Positions 20,531-32,300 of a DNA stretch of 64,000 nucleotides are shown piece by piece (position 1 is the first letter of the stretch; each line of letters starts with the position of its first letter). Origin of the DNA: an uncultured delta proteobacterium (GTDB lineage Bacteria > Myxococcota_A > Polyangia > Polyangiales > Polyangiaceae); NCBI GenBank assembly GCA_963782055.1, contig CAWAIF010000002.1, forward strand, positions 352,001 to 416,000, written 5' to 3'. Below the pieces are notes generated by a model. That model was given only the letters and a program-made list of their open reading frames with translations. It did not search any database and had not been told where the DNA came from. The position numbers and the translations under genes are program-made.

Positions 20531-21517
20531 ATGGTCATCTACCTATGGATCCTCAGCAAGCTGTCGAAGAAGACGCCCGGCGCAAGGCGCTTCTTCGGCA
20601 TGATGCGGGTGCTGGCCTACGTGACGGTGCTGTCGCTCGTGATGGGGGCGTTCACCATCCACAACGCGATGGCAGGCGCGAAGGACCAGAGCCTCCGGCT
20701 CGGCCGAGATCTGCAGGGTCTGTCTGACCTGCTCGCGGGCGGCAACGAGATCATGGTCAACAACCAGCCCATCTTCATCTCCGCCACCGAGACGACCGAC
20801 TCGGTGAGCACGGTGCTGGATCGCTTCGAGGCGCACTGCAACCACGACCCCGCGCTCTCCGAGATGCGCTGGAGCGACCTCGGCAACCTCAAGGGCACCG
20901 TCGCGAAGCCGAAGGACATCAATGGCGTCGGCGTGCTGCGCTCGGAGGACAAGCAGAAGGGCGACGGCGCCGTGGTCTGCTTCACCAACACAGGCGGCAG
21001 CCAGAAGGACCTGCTCAACGCCGTGGAGGCCTTCGGCCGCACCCGCGACCTCTCCTCCTTCGGCCAGCTCCGCTACGTGCACGTCAGCACCGACAAGGAC
21101 GGGGGCACGGTGGTGCGGGCGGTCTGGACGGAGGGCTCCTTCAACATCGGCAAGCTGATGCCGACGGCGGACGGCTCCGACTCCCCCGGCTCCGACTCCC
21201 CGGACGTCCCGCGCCCCGGCCACTCGGTGCGGCGCTTCACCGCCGAGGCGGTGGGCACGCCCTATCGCGCTCGGATCTACGAGACGAGCGAGTCGCCGGA
21301 GAAGCTGCTCGGCTGGTACGACACGGTGATGGCGCAGCGCGGGTGGCTGGTGGTCGACTCGCCGCTCCGCGACCAGAAGAAGGACCCCGCGAGCTGGTTC
21401 ACGCGCGGCGGCAAGATGACGATGGTCTCGCTGATGCGCGACGGCGACAAGACGCGCGTGGTGGTGGGCGACCTCGGCGCGCCGAGCGACCCGCCCAAGG
21501 CGAAGGTGCTTCCGTGA
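20531..21517 (+). CDS. Hypothetical membrane-anchored protein in the Tad cluster
   Basis: GGAG RBS, single TM helix, GC3-biased codons, co-oriented with the tad genes. Confidence 0.75.
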   Translation: MVIYLWILSKLSKKTPGARRFFGMMRVLAYVTVLSLVMGAFTIHNAMAGAKDQSLRLGRDLQGLSDLLAGGNEIMVNNQPIFISATETTDSVSTVLDRFEAHCNHDPALSEMRWSDLGNLKGTVAKPKDINGVGVLRSEDKQKGDGAVVCFTNTGGSQKDLLNAVEAFGRTRDLSSFGQLRYVHVSTDKDGGTVVRAVWTEGSFNIGKLMPTADGSDSPGSDSPDVPRPGHSVRRFTAEAVGTPYRARIYETSESPEKLLGWYDTVMAQRGWLVVDSPLRDQKKDPASWFTRGGKMTMVSLMRDGDKTRVVVGDLGAPSDPPKAKVLP

Positions 21518-21888
21518 CGGGAGCCCGCTGGGCGAGCGGCGCGGTGCTCGCGGCGGCGCTGCTGATGGCCGGTGGGGCTGCCTTCGGGCAGCAGGGTCCC
21601 ACGCCGATGCCCGGAGGTGGTGGGCACCACTCGGCTCCGCACCCGAAGGTGCCGAAGGGGCACTTCCCCATGACCCCGCCGACCTACTCGCACTACCTCG
21701 ACAAGTACATCGAGATGATCCGCACGCTCAGCGCGGGGCGCGGGCCGGAGATGAAGACGGCCATCGACAAGTGGGTCCTCGACGTGCGCGCGTGCGCTGG
21801 TCCGCTGCTCGCCCGCGGACGGCCGATCACCAAGCCGGAGGGGATGAAGTGCATCACGATTCCGGCGGACGTGCCGCAGAGCCACTGA
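21514..21888 (+). CDS. Hypothetical secreted protein
   Basis: GTGA overlap with the upstream gene; signal-peptide-like AVLAAALLMAGGAAFG. Confidence 0.6.
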   Translation: MTGARWASGAVLAAALLMAGGAAFGQQGPTPMPGGGGHHSAPHPKVPKGHFPMTPPTYSHYLDKYIEMIRTLSAGRGPEMKTAIDKWVLDVRACAGPLLARGRPITKPEGMKCITIPADVPQSH

Positions 21889-23095
21889 GCCGGTCGATCT
21901 CCAGCACCTTCATCGCGGTGGCCATGAGCTCGGTCTTGGCGAAGCGCCCGGCCTTGCCCGCCTGAAGGCGCGGCTGCACCGCGATGACCCGGCGCATGGC
22001 GTCGGCGATCCGTCGCGGGATGGCGAAGCGCTCGATGACCGGATCGAGGAAGTCCAGCGCGGCGCCGGTCTTGTCGCGGGAGCCCGCCATCGCCTCCTCC
22101 AGCGGCTCGCGCAGCAGGGCGGTGACCAGCACCACGTCATCCAGCGGGGCGTGCTTCACTGCGCGGTCCACGACGTCCAGGCGCCGCCAGAAGCGCTTCA
22201 CGCCCTGCGGATTGGACTCCTCGTCGTCCAGGAAGGCGGACAGCTCGGGCAGCAGGATCGCCATCAGGCCGCACTCCCAGAGGATCCACATGGACCGGTG
22301 GGCGGCGCCGCCGCGCAGCAGGCGCATGATCTCCTCGAAGACGCGGGGGCGGGCGGCCTTGGCGAGCTCATCGCGGTGGGCGACCATCGCGTCGTAGACC
22401 GGCGGCTCGATGCCCAGGTCCAGCCGGGCGGCGAACTTGATGGCCCGCAGCACGCGCACAGGGTCCTCGCGGAAGCGGACCGAGGGCGCCCCGATGGTGC
22501 GGATGGTCCGGCGGGCGATGTCGTCCATCCCCCCGCACCAGTCCAGCACCTGGCGGCGGTCCAGATCGTAAAAGAGGGCGTTGATGGTGAAGTCGCGCCG
22601 CAGGGCGTCCTCGTGGGCCTCGCCGAAGACGTTGTCGTTGCGGATGAGGAGGTCCTCGTCGAAGGTGTCCTCCAGATCCTGCGGGTTGCGGCGGAAGGTG
22701 GCGACCTCGATGATCTTGCCGTGGGAGAACTGGACCTGCACCAGCCGGAAGCGCCGGCCGATGATGCGCGAGTTGCGGAAGAGGGCGCGCACGTCCTCCG
22801 GGCGGGCGCTGGTCGCGACGTCGTAGTCCTTGGGCCGGCGGCCGAGGAGCAGGTCGCGCACGCAGCCGCCCACGAGGTAGGCCTGGAAGCCGCCGCTGTG
22901 CTCCAGGCGGCGCACGACCTTCGCGGCGTCGGCGTCGATCGAGGCCTCGTTCAGGAAGGCGTCGTGGCGGACCAGGCCGGTGCCGGCGTGGCGCTCGGCC
23001 ACCGAGCGGGGGGCCTCCGCCTCGTCTGGGGAGGCCTCTACCCGGAAGGAGGGCAGCTCCGGCGGAGCCGGCAGGTTGTCCTTGTTGCGAGGCAT
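21854..23095 (-). CDS. pcnB: Poly(A) polymerase I
   Basis: AYLVGGCVRDLLLG..PKDYDVAT, IIGRRFRLV (PAP-specific signature), EVATFR, RRDFTINALFY, EDPVRVLRA. Confidence 0.92.
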   Translation of the reverse strand: MPRNKDNLPAPPELPSFRVEASPDEAEAPRSVAERHAGTGLVRHDAFLNEASIDADAAKVVRRLEHSGGFQAYLVGGCVRDLLLGRRPKDYDVATSARPEDVRALFRNSRIIGRRFRLVQVQFSHGKIIEVATFRRNPQDLEDTFDEDLLIRNDNVFGEAHEDALRRDFTINALFYDLDRRQVLDWCGGMDDIARRTIRTIGAPSVRFREDPVRVLRAIKFAARLDLGIEPPVYDAMVAHRDELAKAARPRVFEEIMRLLRGGAAHRSMWILWECGLMAILLPELSAFLDDEESNPQGVKRFWRRLDVVDRAVKHAPLDDVVLVTALLREPLEEAMAGSRDKTGAALDFLDPVIERFAIPRRIADAMRRVIAVQPRLQAGKAGRFAKTELMATAMKVLEIDRLSGSAARPPES

Positions 23096-23209
23096 GAAAA
23101 GTTGCCGCGAGCGTTCGCGCCGGCGCGGCCCTCGCATGCTACCAATCGCGCCCGCGAACCGCAACGGCCGGAGGGACGCCGCTCCGTTTCACGAACCGTG
23201 CCGCGGGCG

Positions 23210-23307
23210 TTGACGCGCTCCGCCAGGTGATTAGCTTGCCCTCGCGGTCGAACGGATCGCCCGGGGCACCCCTGAACGCCCCGGGCACCGCTCTTCGGGG
23301 CTTTTTT
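23210..23307 (+). promoter_or_regulatory. Putative dnaK promoter and structured leader
   Basis: TTGACG-N16-TAGCTT (23210-23237); overlapping hairpins at 23259-23286 and 23278-23301, the second followed by T6. Confidence 0.4.
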
Positions 23308-23402
23308 GGACCGCGACTCTGCAGTATTTCCCGCGCAGGCTTCGCGCCGCGCGGCGACTGGCAAGCACTTTTCGGCAAGAGAACCAGAAGGACAGGACGA
23401 CC

Positions 23403-25313
<1,911 letters not shown>

Positions 25314-25314
25314 G

Positions 25315-26469
25315 TCAGGCGGTCGGGGCCTCGTCGCGGATGCGGCGGGCGATGAGCGTGACCGCGCCGAACAGGACGAGCCCGGCGATCACGTCGATGA
25401 CGTAGTGGTAGCGGAGGTAGACGCACGCCACCGGAATGGTCAGGACGATCGGCGCGAGCGCCCAGCCGAGCCGTGGCGCGCTGCGGGCGATGCCGCGCCA
25501 TAGCACCAGCGACAGCGCCGTGTGGAGGCTGGGGAAGCAGTCGCGCGGGACGCGCATGCGGTCCATGAGCTGCTCCTTCACGAAGCGCAGGTAGTATAGG
25601 TCCAGGCTCCGATCGAAGTGCATCGTGAAGACGGGTCCCTGCGCCGGGAAGAAGCTGTAGCCGACGTACCCGACGGCGAGGGTGAGCGCGACGGCGAACG
25701 CCAGGCGCGGAAAGCGTCGGGGGTCGAAGGCGTAGGCGACGCCCAGCGCCAGCGGCAGCAGCGGGACGTAGAAGACGTAACAGGCCGCCATCCACTCGGA
25801 GAGCGCGGGCGAGATGAGGTGCTCCATCCAGAGGTTGGGGTCGTGGCCGAAGAAGAGCCAGCGGTCGATGCGCATGAGCTCGGGGTCGACGTCGCGGACG
25901 AGCTGCACCGCGAGGACCGGCTGCATGGCGGAGTAGGCGTAGATGAGGAGCACCGGCGCGAGCCAGTCGCGGGCGGCGACACCCAGGACGCTCGCGCCGT
26001 CGCGCAGCAGCGGGCCCGGGCGCAGCCAACCGTCGTCGCGCAGGCGGCGCCCCACCATGAGCCACAGAAAGATCGGCACGATGACGGTGACGCCCATCCG
26101 GTACGCCTGGTCCTCGCCGAAGAGCACCCAGGTGGCGATGGTGCGCGGGTCGCCGTACTCGGCGGGGTGCTTGAAGCCGAGCGTCGCGAGCACGATGACC
26201 GGCGGCGCGGCGAAGGCGAAGGCCATGCGGCGGTGACGGACGCGGGCGTCGGCGTGCTCCTCCGGGAAGGGGGTGCGCCACCACTCCGCGGCGAGGCGCG
26301 CCGTGACGATGCCCAGCAGCATGAGCAGGACGTCCTGGCCAGGGAAGGGGGCGTTCGCCAGCTCGAATCGCCGCGCCGCGATCATGCGCAGGACGGCGTA
26401 CACCGCGAAGCCGAGGAGCACCTTCTCGGCCGGACGCGCGGCGTTCCACAGGCGGCGGAGTGAGCTCAC
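25315..26469 (-). CDS. PAP2-superfamily membrane protein (inositol-phosphorylceramide synthase / Aur1-like)
   Basis: Multiple TMs; FPAQGP, CFPSLHTA and LRYHYVID catalytic-type motifs. Confidence 0.82.
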   Translation of the reverse strand: MSSLRRLWNAARPAEKVLLGFAVYAVLRMIAARRFELANAPFPGQDVLLMLLGIVTARLAAEWWRTPFPEEHADARVRHRRMAFAFAAPPVIVLATLGFKHPAEYGDPRTIATWVLFGEDQAYRMGVTVIVPIFLWLMVGRRLRDDGWLRPGPLLRDGASVLGVAARDWLAPVLLIYAYSAMQPVLAVQLVRDVDPELMRIDRWLFFGHDPNLWMEHLISPALSEWMAACYVFYVPLLPLALGVAYAFDPRRFPRLAFAVALTLAVGYVGYSFFPAQGPVFTMHFDRSLDLYYLRFVKEQLMDRMRVPRDCFPSLHTALSLVLWRGIARSAPRLGWALAPIVLTIPVACVYLRYHYVIDVIAGLVLFGAVTLIARRIRDEAPTA

Positions 26470-26595
26470 CGGTCGGTCAAGTTACCACGACGGGCGGCAC
26501 GCGCGGCGCGCGCGGGCCCCCGCGGCAGAGCCATCCCGGGGCGGGCGCGATCGACGCCGCGGCGGGCGGCCGCTCGTGTACCTTCGAGCGGGGAA

Positions 26596-28773
26596 ATGGT
26601 GGTCCTGTTCGCCTCGACGCTGCTGCTGAGCGCGCTGCTCCTCTTCTGCGTCGAGCCGATGGTGGCCAAGATGATCCTGCCGCTCCTCGGCGGCGTGCCC
26701 GCCGTCTGGAACACGTGCATGGTCTTCTTCCAGGCGGCGCTCCTCGGCGGCTACGCCTTCGCCATGGGGACGCTGCGCGCGCTCGGGCCGCGCCGGCAGC
26801 CGCTCATGCACCTGCTCCTGCTGGCGGCGGCGCTGGTGGTGATGCCCATCGCGGTGGAGCCCGCCCTGGCCGCGCGCTTCGCGTCGCACGGCCCGGTGCT
26901 GCAGGCGCTCTGCATCCTGGGCGCGAGCGTCGCGCTGCCCTTCTTCGCCCTCTCCACGATGGCGCCCACCCTGCAGCGGTGGTTCTCCACCACCGGCGCC
27001 GAGGGCGCGCGCGACCCCTACTTCCTGTACGCCGCGAGCAACCTCGGGTCGCTGGCGGCGCTGGTCGCCTACCCCTTCGTCGTCGAGCCGCTGCTCGGCC
27101 TGCGCGCGCAGGCCCTCGCGGTGCGCGCCGGCTATGCGCTGCTCGTCGTGCTCACCATGGCGTGCGCGGTCGCCACGTGGCGCAGCCCGGTGCAGGCGGT
27201 GCAGGCGGAGGAGGAGGCCAGCGAGCCGCCCATCGCCAACCGGCGGCGCCTCCGCTGGGTGTTCCTGACGGCGGTCCCCTCCGCGTACCTGGTCGCGATG
27301 ACCGAGCACATCACGACGGATGTGGCCCCCACCCCGCTGCTCTGGACGCTGCCCCTCGCGGTCTACCTCCTGTCCTTCGTCCTGGTCTTCGCGCGCAAGC
27401 CACCGCTCTCCCACGCGCGCGTGGTGCGGCTGTACCCGCTCGGCGCGGCGGCGGTGGTCTACACGCTCCTCATCTCCGCCAACGACCCGGCGCCCTTCGT
27501 CGTGACGCTGCACCTCGTCACCTTCTTCGGCGCCGCGATGGTGTGCCACGGCGAGCTCGCGCGCGACCGACCCGGCCCCGGGCGGCTGACCGAGTTCTAC
27601 GTGTGGATGTCGGTGGGCGGGCTCGTGGGTGGCCTCGCGGTGGCGCTCGTCGCGCCGGCGCTCCTGGACCGGCCGGTGGAGTACCCGCTGGCGGTGGTGC
27701 TGGCGCTGCTGGCGCGGCCGATGACCGACCCGAAGGAGCGCGCGAAGGGCCTGCGGGCGAAGCGGCTGGACTACGTGTGGCCCGCCGGCGCGCTGGCGAT
27801 CACCTTCGCGTGCGCGGTCGCCGCGCGGCATCTGCCTCACGCGGCGGCCGTCGCCATCCCGCTCTTGCCGCTGCTCGTCGTGTACGGGTCGCTGGTGAGG
27901 CCGGCGCGCTTCGCGCTCTCGGTGGGGGCGATCCTGGCGGCCTCCGGCTTCTTCCCCAGCCCGTACGGTCACATCGTGCTGCGGCGTCGCAACTTCTTCG
28001 GCGAGCTCCTCGTCGCCCGGTCGCATGACGGGCAGTGGGTCCAGCTCACGCACGGCACCACCATCCACGGCGTGCAGTCGACCGACGCGCGGGGGCGGCG
28101 CGAGCCGCGCTCGTACTACACGCGCTCCGGTCCCATCGGCGACGTCTTCCGCCTCCACGCCGAGCACCCGGCGTCGCCGCGGGTGGCGATCATCGGACTG
28201 GGCGCGGGCACCCTCGCGGCGTACGCGCGGCCCGCGGAGGACTGGACATTTTACGAGATCAACCCCGCCGTCGTGCAGGTGGCGGAGGACACGCGCTACT
28301 TCACCTACCTCGCCGACGCCTTCCCCGGCGGGCGGGGGATGCACGTCGTCCTGGGGGACGCGCGCCTGGAGATCGCGCACGCGGCCGGCAACTACGGGCT
28401 GCTCGTCGTCGACGCATTCAGCTCCGACGCCATCCCGGTGCACCTGGTCACGGTGGAGGCGATGCGCCTGTACGCCTCCAGGATGGCGCCGGGCGGGCTC
28501 ATCGCGTGGCACGTCTCCAACCGGCACGTGGACCTGTTGCCGGTGCTGGCCGAGCTGGGGGCGAGCGCCGGCTGGGCGGTGATGGCTCGCCACGACACCG
28601 AGGCGCTGCCCGACGCCGCGAAGGCCTCGTCGCTCTGGGCGGTGATGGCGAAGGATGCGGCGACCCTCGCGCCCCTGCGCGCGGGCTCGCGCTGGGAGAC
28701 GGTGCCCCGCAAGCCGGGCTTCCGCCCGTGGACCGACGACCGCTCGGCGATCGTGAGCGCGCTCGTCTTCTGA
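26596..28773 (+). CDS. Fused membrane domain / spermidine-synthase-like SAM methyltransferase, copy 1
   Basis: GGVPAVWNTCMVFFQ, DPYFLYAASNLGS, CHGELA..RP....LTEFY, HGTTIHGVQ, IGLGAGTLA, YEINP, GDARL, DAFSSDAIPVHL, WTDDRS. Confidence 0.9.
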   Translation: MVVLFASTLLLSALLLFCVEPMVAKMILPLLGGVPAVWNTCMVFFQAALLGGYAFAMGTLRALGPRRQPLMHLLLLAAALVVMPIAVEPALAARFASHGPVLQALCILGASVALPFFALSTMAPTLQRWFSTTGAEGARDPYFLYAASNLGSLAALVAYPFVVEPLLGLRAQALAVRAGYALLVVLTMACAVATWRSPVQAVQAEEEASEPPIANRRRLRWVFLTAVPSAYLVAMTEHITTDVAPTPLLWTLPLAVYLLSFVLVFARKPPLSHARVVRLYPLGAAAVVYTLLISANDPAPFVVTLHLVTFFGAAMVCHGELARDRPGPGRLTEFYVWMSVGGLVGGLAVALVAPALLDRPVEYPLAVVLALLARPMTDPKERAKGLRAKRLDYVWPAGALAITFACAVAARHLPHAAAVAIPLLPLLVVYGSLVRPARFALSVGAILAASGFFPSPYGHIVLRRRNFFGELLVARSHDGQWVQLTHGTTIHGVQSTDARGRREPRSYYTRSGPIGDVFRLHAEHPASPRVAIIGLGAGTLAAYARPAEDWTFYEINPAVVQVAEDTRYFTYLADAFPGGRGMHVVLGDARLEIAHAAGNYGLLVVDAFSSDAIPVHLVTVEAMRLYASRMAPGGLIAWHVSNRHVDLLPVLAELGASAGWAVMARHDTEALPDAAKASSLWAVMAKDAATLAPLRAGSRWETVPRKPGFRPWTDDRSAIVSALVF

Positions 28774-28808
28774 CGCCGCGCGCCCGCTCGTGTACCGTTC
28801 GATCGCCG

Positions 28809-31014
28809 ATGGTCGCGCTCTTCGCCTCGACCCTCCTGGTCAGCGCCACGCTGCTCTTTTTCATCGAGCCCATGGTGGCGAAGATGCTGCTGCCGCTGCT
28901 GGGTGGGGTGCCCGCGGTCTGGAACACGTGCCTCGTGTTCTTCCAGGCGACGCTGCTCGCCGGCTACCTCTTCTCTCACGCGACGCTCCGGTGGCTCGGG
29001 CCGCGCAAGCAGGCGGTGGTGCAGGTGTTGCTCGTCGCCGGCGCGCTGGGGGTGCAGCCCATCGCCGTCGACGCGGCGCGCGCGGCGCGGCTGGAGCACC
29101 TCGGCCCGGTGGCGCAGGTGCTGCTGCTCCTGCTCGCCTCCGCAGGCCCGCCGTTCTTCGCGCTCTCCACGATGGCGCCCACGCTGCAGCGGTGGTTCTC
29201 CGCCACCCGGGCGCGCGGCGCGCGAGACCCGTACTTCCTGTATGCCGCGAGCAACCTGGGGTCCCTGGGCGCGCTGCTCGCCTACCCCCTGCTGGTCGAG
29301 CCCTTCCTCGGGCTGCCGGCGCAGTCGTCGCTGCTCCGCTGGGCGTACGTGCTGCTCTGCGGGCTCGTCGGCGCGTGCGCGGTGGCCACGTGGAAGCAGC
29401 GCGCGGAACAGGACACGGCGGGCGAGTCGTCCTCGAAGGCGCCGCCGGTGTCGTGGCGGCGTCGCGCGCGCTGGACGGTGCTCGCGATGGTGCCGTCGGC
29501 GTACCTGGTGGCGCTCACCGAGCACATCACGACCGACATCGCGCCGGCGCCGCTGCTCTGGGTGCTGCCGCTGGCGACCTACCTGGCGACCTTCGTCGTC
29601 GTGTTCGCGAGCAAGCCGCCGATAGCGCACGCGCGGGTGGTCCGGGTGCTGCCGATGGCGATGGTGCTCGTCACCTTCGTGGTGGCGTCGGGCGCGGCGG
29701 ATCCGGCGTTCATCGTGGTGCTGCTGCACCTCGCCGGCTTCTTCGTCGCCGGGCTCTTCTGCCACGGGGAGCTGGCGGCGGACAGGCCGGAGCCGGCGCG
29801 CCTCGCCGAGTTCTACGTCTGGATGTCGGTGGGCGGGCTGCTGGGCGGGCTCGCGGTGGCGATGGTCGCGCCGGCGCTCTTCCCGCGGCCCATCGAGCTG
29901 CCCCTCGCGGTGGTCGCGACGGTGCTGTGCGGGCGGTGGGGCACCACGACGGGGTCGAGCAAGCGTGACCGCGCCTTCGACGTGGCGCTGCCCGCCGGCA
30001 CGCTCGCCATCACCCTGGTGGTCGCGTGGGGTGCGCGGCGGACTGGCGCGGGCATGCGCTGGCAGCTCCTGCTCCCGGCGATCCCGCTCCTGCTCGCCTA
30101 CGGCGCGCGCGGTAGGCCGGGCCGGCTCGCCGCGAGCCTGGGCGCGGTGCTCGCCGGCGCGACGCTCTTTCCCAGCCCGGTGGGCGACGTGCTCGACCGC
30201 GAGCGGAACTTCTTCGGCGCGCTCGCGGTGGCGCACGACCCGAGCGGGCGCTTCGTCCAGATCATGCACGGCTACACCGATCACGGGCGGCAGTCGGTCG
30301 ACCCGGCGAAGCGTCGCGAGGCCTCCAGCTACTACACCGCGAGCAGCCCCATCGCCGACGTGCTCGGCCTGTATCGCAAGGCGGAGACGCCGCGGAAGGT
30401 CGCGGTCATCGGTCTGGGCGCCGGCGCGCTGGCGGTCTACGCGCGACCGGAGGACCACTGGACCTTCTTCGAGATCAACCCGGCGGTGGTGCGCATCGCG
30501 GAGAACCCGCGCTACTTCACCTTCCTCGCCGACGCCTTCCCTCGGGGGCCGGACATCGTGCTGGGGGACGCGCGGCTGGAGCTGGCGCGGCACGCGGGCG
30601 GCTTCGGGCTGCTGATCATCGACGCCTTCAACTCCGACGCCATCCCGGTGCACCTGGTCACCGTGGAGGCGGCGCGGCTCTACGCCTCGCGCATGGCGCC
30701 CGGGGGCATCATCGCCTGGCACATCTCCAACCGGACGCTGGACCTTCACCCGGTGCTCGCCGAGCTGGCGGCGGCGCTCGGGTGGGACGCGCTGCGGCGC
30801 GACGACCTGCTCCTGACGCGGAAGGAGAGGCTGGAGGGCAAGACGGCGTCGCAGTGGGTGGCGATGGCGAAGGACCCGCACACCCTGGAGGATTCTGCGT
30901 CGTCCGCCGGGGTCGACGTGGGAGCCGCTGCGGCGAAGGAAGGGCTTCCGGCCGTGGACCGACGCGCGGTCGTCGCTGGTCAGCGTGATCCGCTGGAAGG
31001 CGCAGGAGGAGTGA
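28809..31014 (+). CDS. Fused membrane domain / spermidine-synthase-like protein, copy 2; +1 frameshift near 30890
   Basis: Paralog of the upstream gene along its whole length. The homologous C-terminus (RKGFRPWTDARSSLVSVIRW) lies in another frame ending at 31014, while the uncorrected frame runs to 31061. Confidence 0.85.
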
Positions 31015-31050
31015 GCGCGGAGCCGCGTCGCGTCGACGGGCGGAGGCCCC

Positions 31051-31911
31051 TCAGGGCTTGACGAAGACGAGGACGAACACGTCCTCCTTGGCGCCCGGCG
31101 TGACCGACTCAATCCCGGGGTGCGCGGCCATCGCCCCGAGCTCCGCGGCCGGCTGCGTGATGTCCGGGCGCGCGTCCCAGTCGCGCGGGTCGCTCGAGGT
31201 GCGGATGAAGCGCCCCTCGCTCGCGAGCCGGAAGCCGACCGACTCGATCTCCCGGCGCGTGCTGCGCGACTCCTGCCGGTGCGCGACCTCCGGCGAGTCG
31301 AGCCCGGGGATCGCGCGATCGAGAACGACGTAGCGGCCGCCGTGCTTGAGGGCGAGGTGCGCGGCGTGGTCGATCGCCTGCCGGTCGATGCCGAGCGCGA
31401 CCAGGGTGCCGTACTCGGCGTCGAGGTAGACCATGTCCAGGTCGCGATCGCGGGGGTCGAGGGGGCTCTGGAAGTCACGCGTGCGGGCGACGACGTTGGC
31501 CATCGACGGTCGCGTCAGCCGCTCCTGCCACACCTGCTCGATCCACGGTGGCGTCCAGCGCGGCGCGTTCTGCGCGATCACCAGCCCGCTCGGGCCGACC
31601 GAGAGGGCGAGCAGCTCGGCGAAGTGGCCGGAGCCCGCCGCGAGGACGGCGACGCGCTGCCCCGGTCGCGCGTCCACGTAGGCGAGCATGTCCGCCGACT
31701 GGCGCGTCCTGTCCAGCGCACGGTCCGCGCTGGAACGACCGGGCTGCGCGAGGATCGCGTACACGTCCGGCCCGGGCTGCACCTCGCGGACGACGTGCGT
31801 GTTCTGAGGCACGCGAGGGCGCGCGGCGGGGAGCGTGGCGTTGGAGAGGTTCAGCGGCGGCGCGGTCGCGCATCCGATCAGCAGGGCGAGCAAGGGGTAG
31901 CGGAGCCACAT
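31051..31911 (-). CDS. Predicted SAM-dependent methyltransferase lipoprotein
   Basis: LLIGC lipobox; RS.AD..LD..R, RPGQRV..L.AGSGHF..LLA..VGP.G.V, LKHGGRYVVLD, FVLVFVKP. Confidence 0.8.
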   Translation of the reverse strand: MWLRYPLLALLIGCATAPPLNLSNATLPAARPRVPQNTHVVREVQPGPDVYAILAQPGRSSADRALDRTRQSADMLAYVDARPGQRVAVLAAGSGHFAELLALSVGPSGLVIAQNAPRWTPPWIEQVWQERLTRPSMANVVARTRDFQSPLDPRDRDLDMVYLDAEYGTLVALGIDRQAIDHAAHLALKHGGRYVVLDRAIPGLDSPEVAHRQESRSTRREIESVGFRLASEGRFIRTSSDPRDWDARPDITQPAAELGAMAAHPGIESVTPGAKEDVFVLVFVKP

Positions 31912-32003
31912 GGCATCGGGTGGATCAACTTCCGTGCCCGGCATCGCCGGGCGCGCGGCTCAGCCGCTCTCGACGTGGCCGCCGCCGCCGATACACTGGA
32001 GTC

Positions 32004-32285
32004 ATGCCCGTCAAACGCCTCCTCGACTCGGTGATCTTCGGTCTGGGCTCCTCGGCGGGCGCAAAGCTCCTCGACGAGCTGGAGGAGAAGCTCGTCGGCA
32101 AGGAAGAGACGGAGGAGCAGCGGGCCGAGCGCGAGAAGAAGGAGCGCAAGGAGCGGGAGCGCGCGGAGAAGCTCGCGGCGAAGGAGGCGAAGAAGGCCGT
32201 CGAGACGCGCAAGAAGGAGAAGGCGCGCGCCGAGGCGGAGGTGGACGAGGAGCTCGCCGCGCTGAAGAAGCGGATGAAGGGCTGA
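32004..32285 (+). CDS. Small coiled-coil hypothetical protein
   Basis: GGAG RBS; E/K-rich helix ending VDEELAALKKRM (PspA-like tail). Confidence 0.7.
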   Translation: MPVKRLLDSVIFGLGSSAGAKLLDELEEKLVGKEETEEQRAEREKKERKERERAEKLAAKEAKKAVETRKKEKARAEAEVDEELAALKKRMKG

Positions 32286-32300
32286 GCCTGCCGGCGCGCG

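Noticed and set aside
23220..23402. CIRCE/HrcA operator upstream of dnaK
   Set aside because: No TTAGCACTC-N9-GAGTGCTAA match.
28392..31478. Very long antisense or alternative-frame ORFs (for example 28392-31478, 13831-16443, 50193-52949, 23139-25169)
   Set aside because: Shadow ORFs expected at this GC content. They are Arg/Gly/Pro-rich, lack motifs and overlap well-supported genes.
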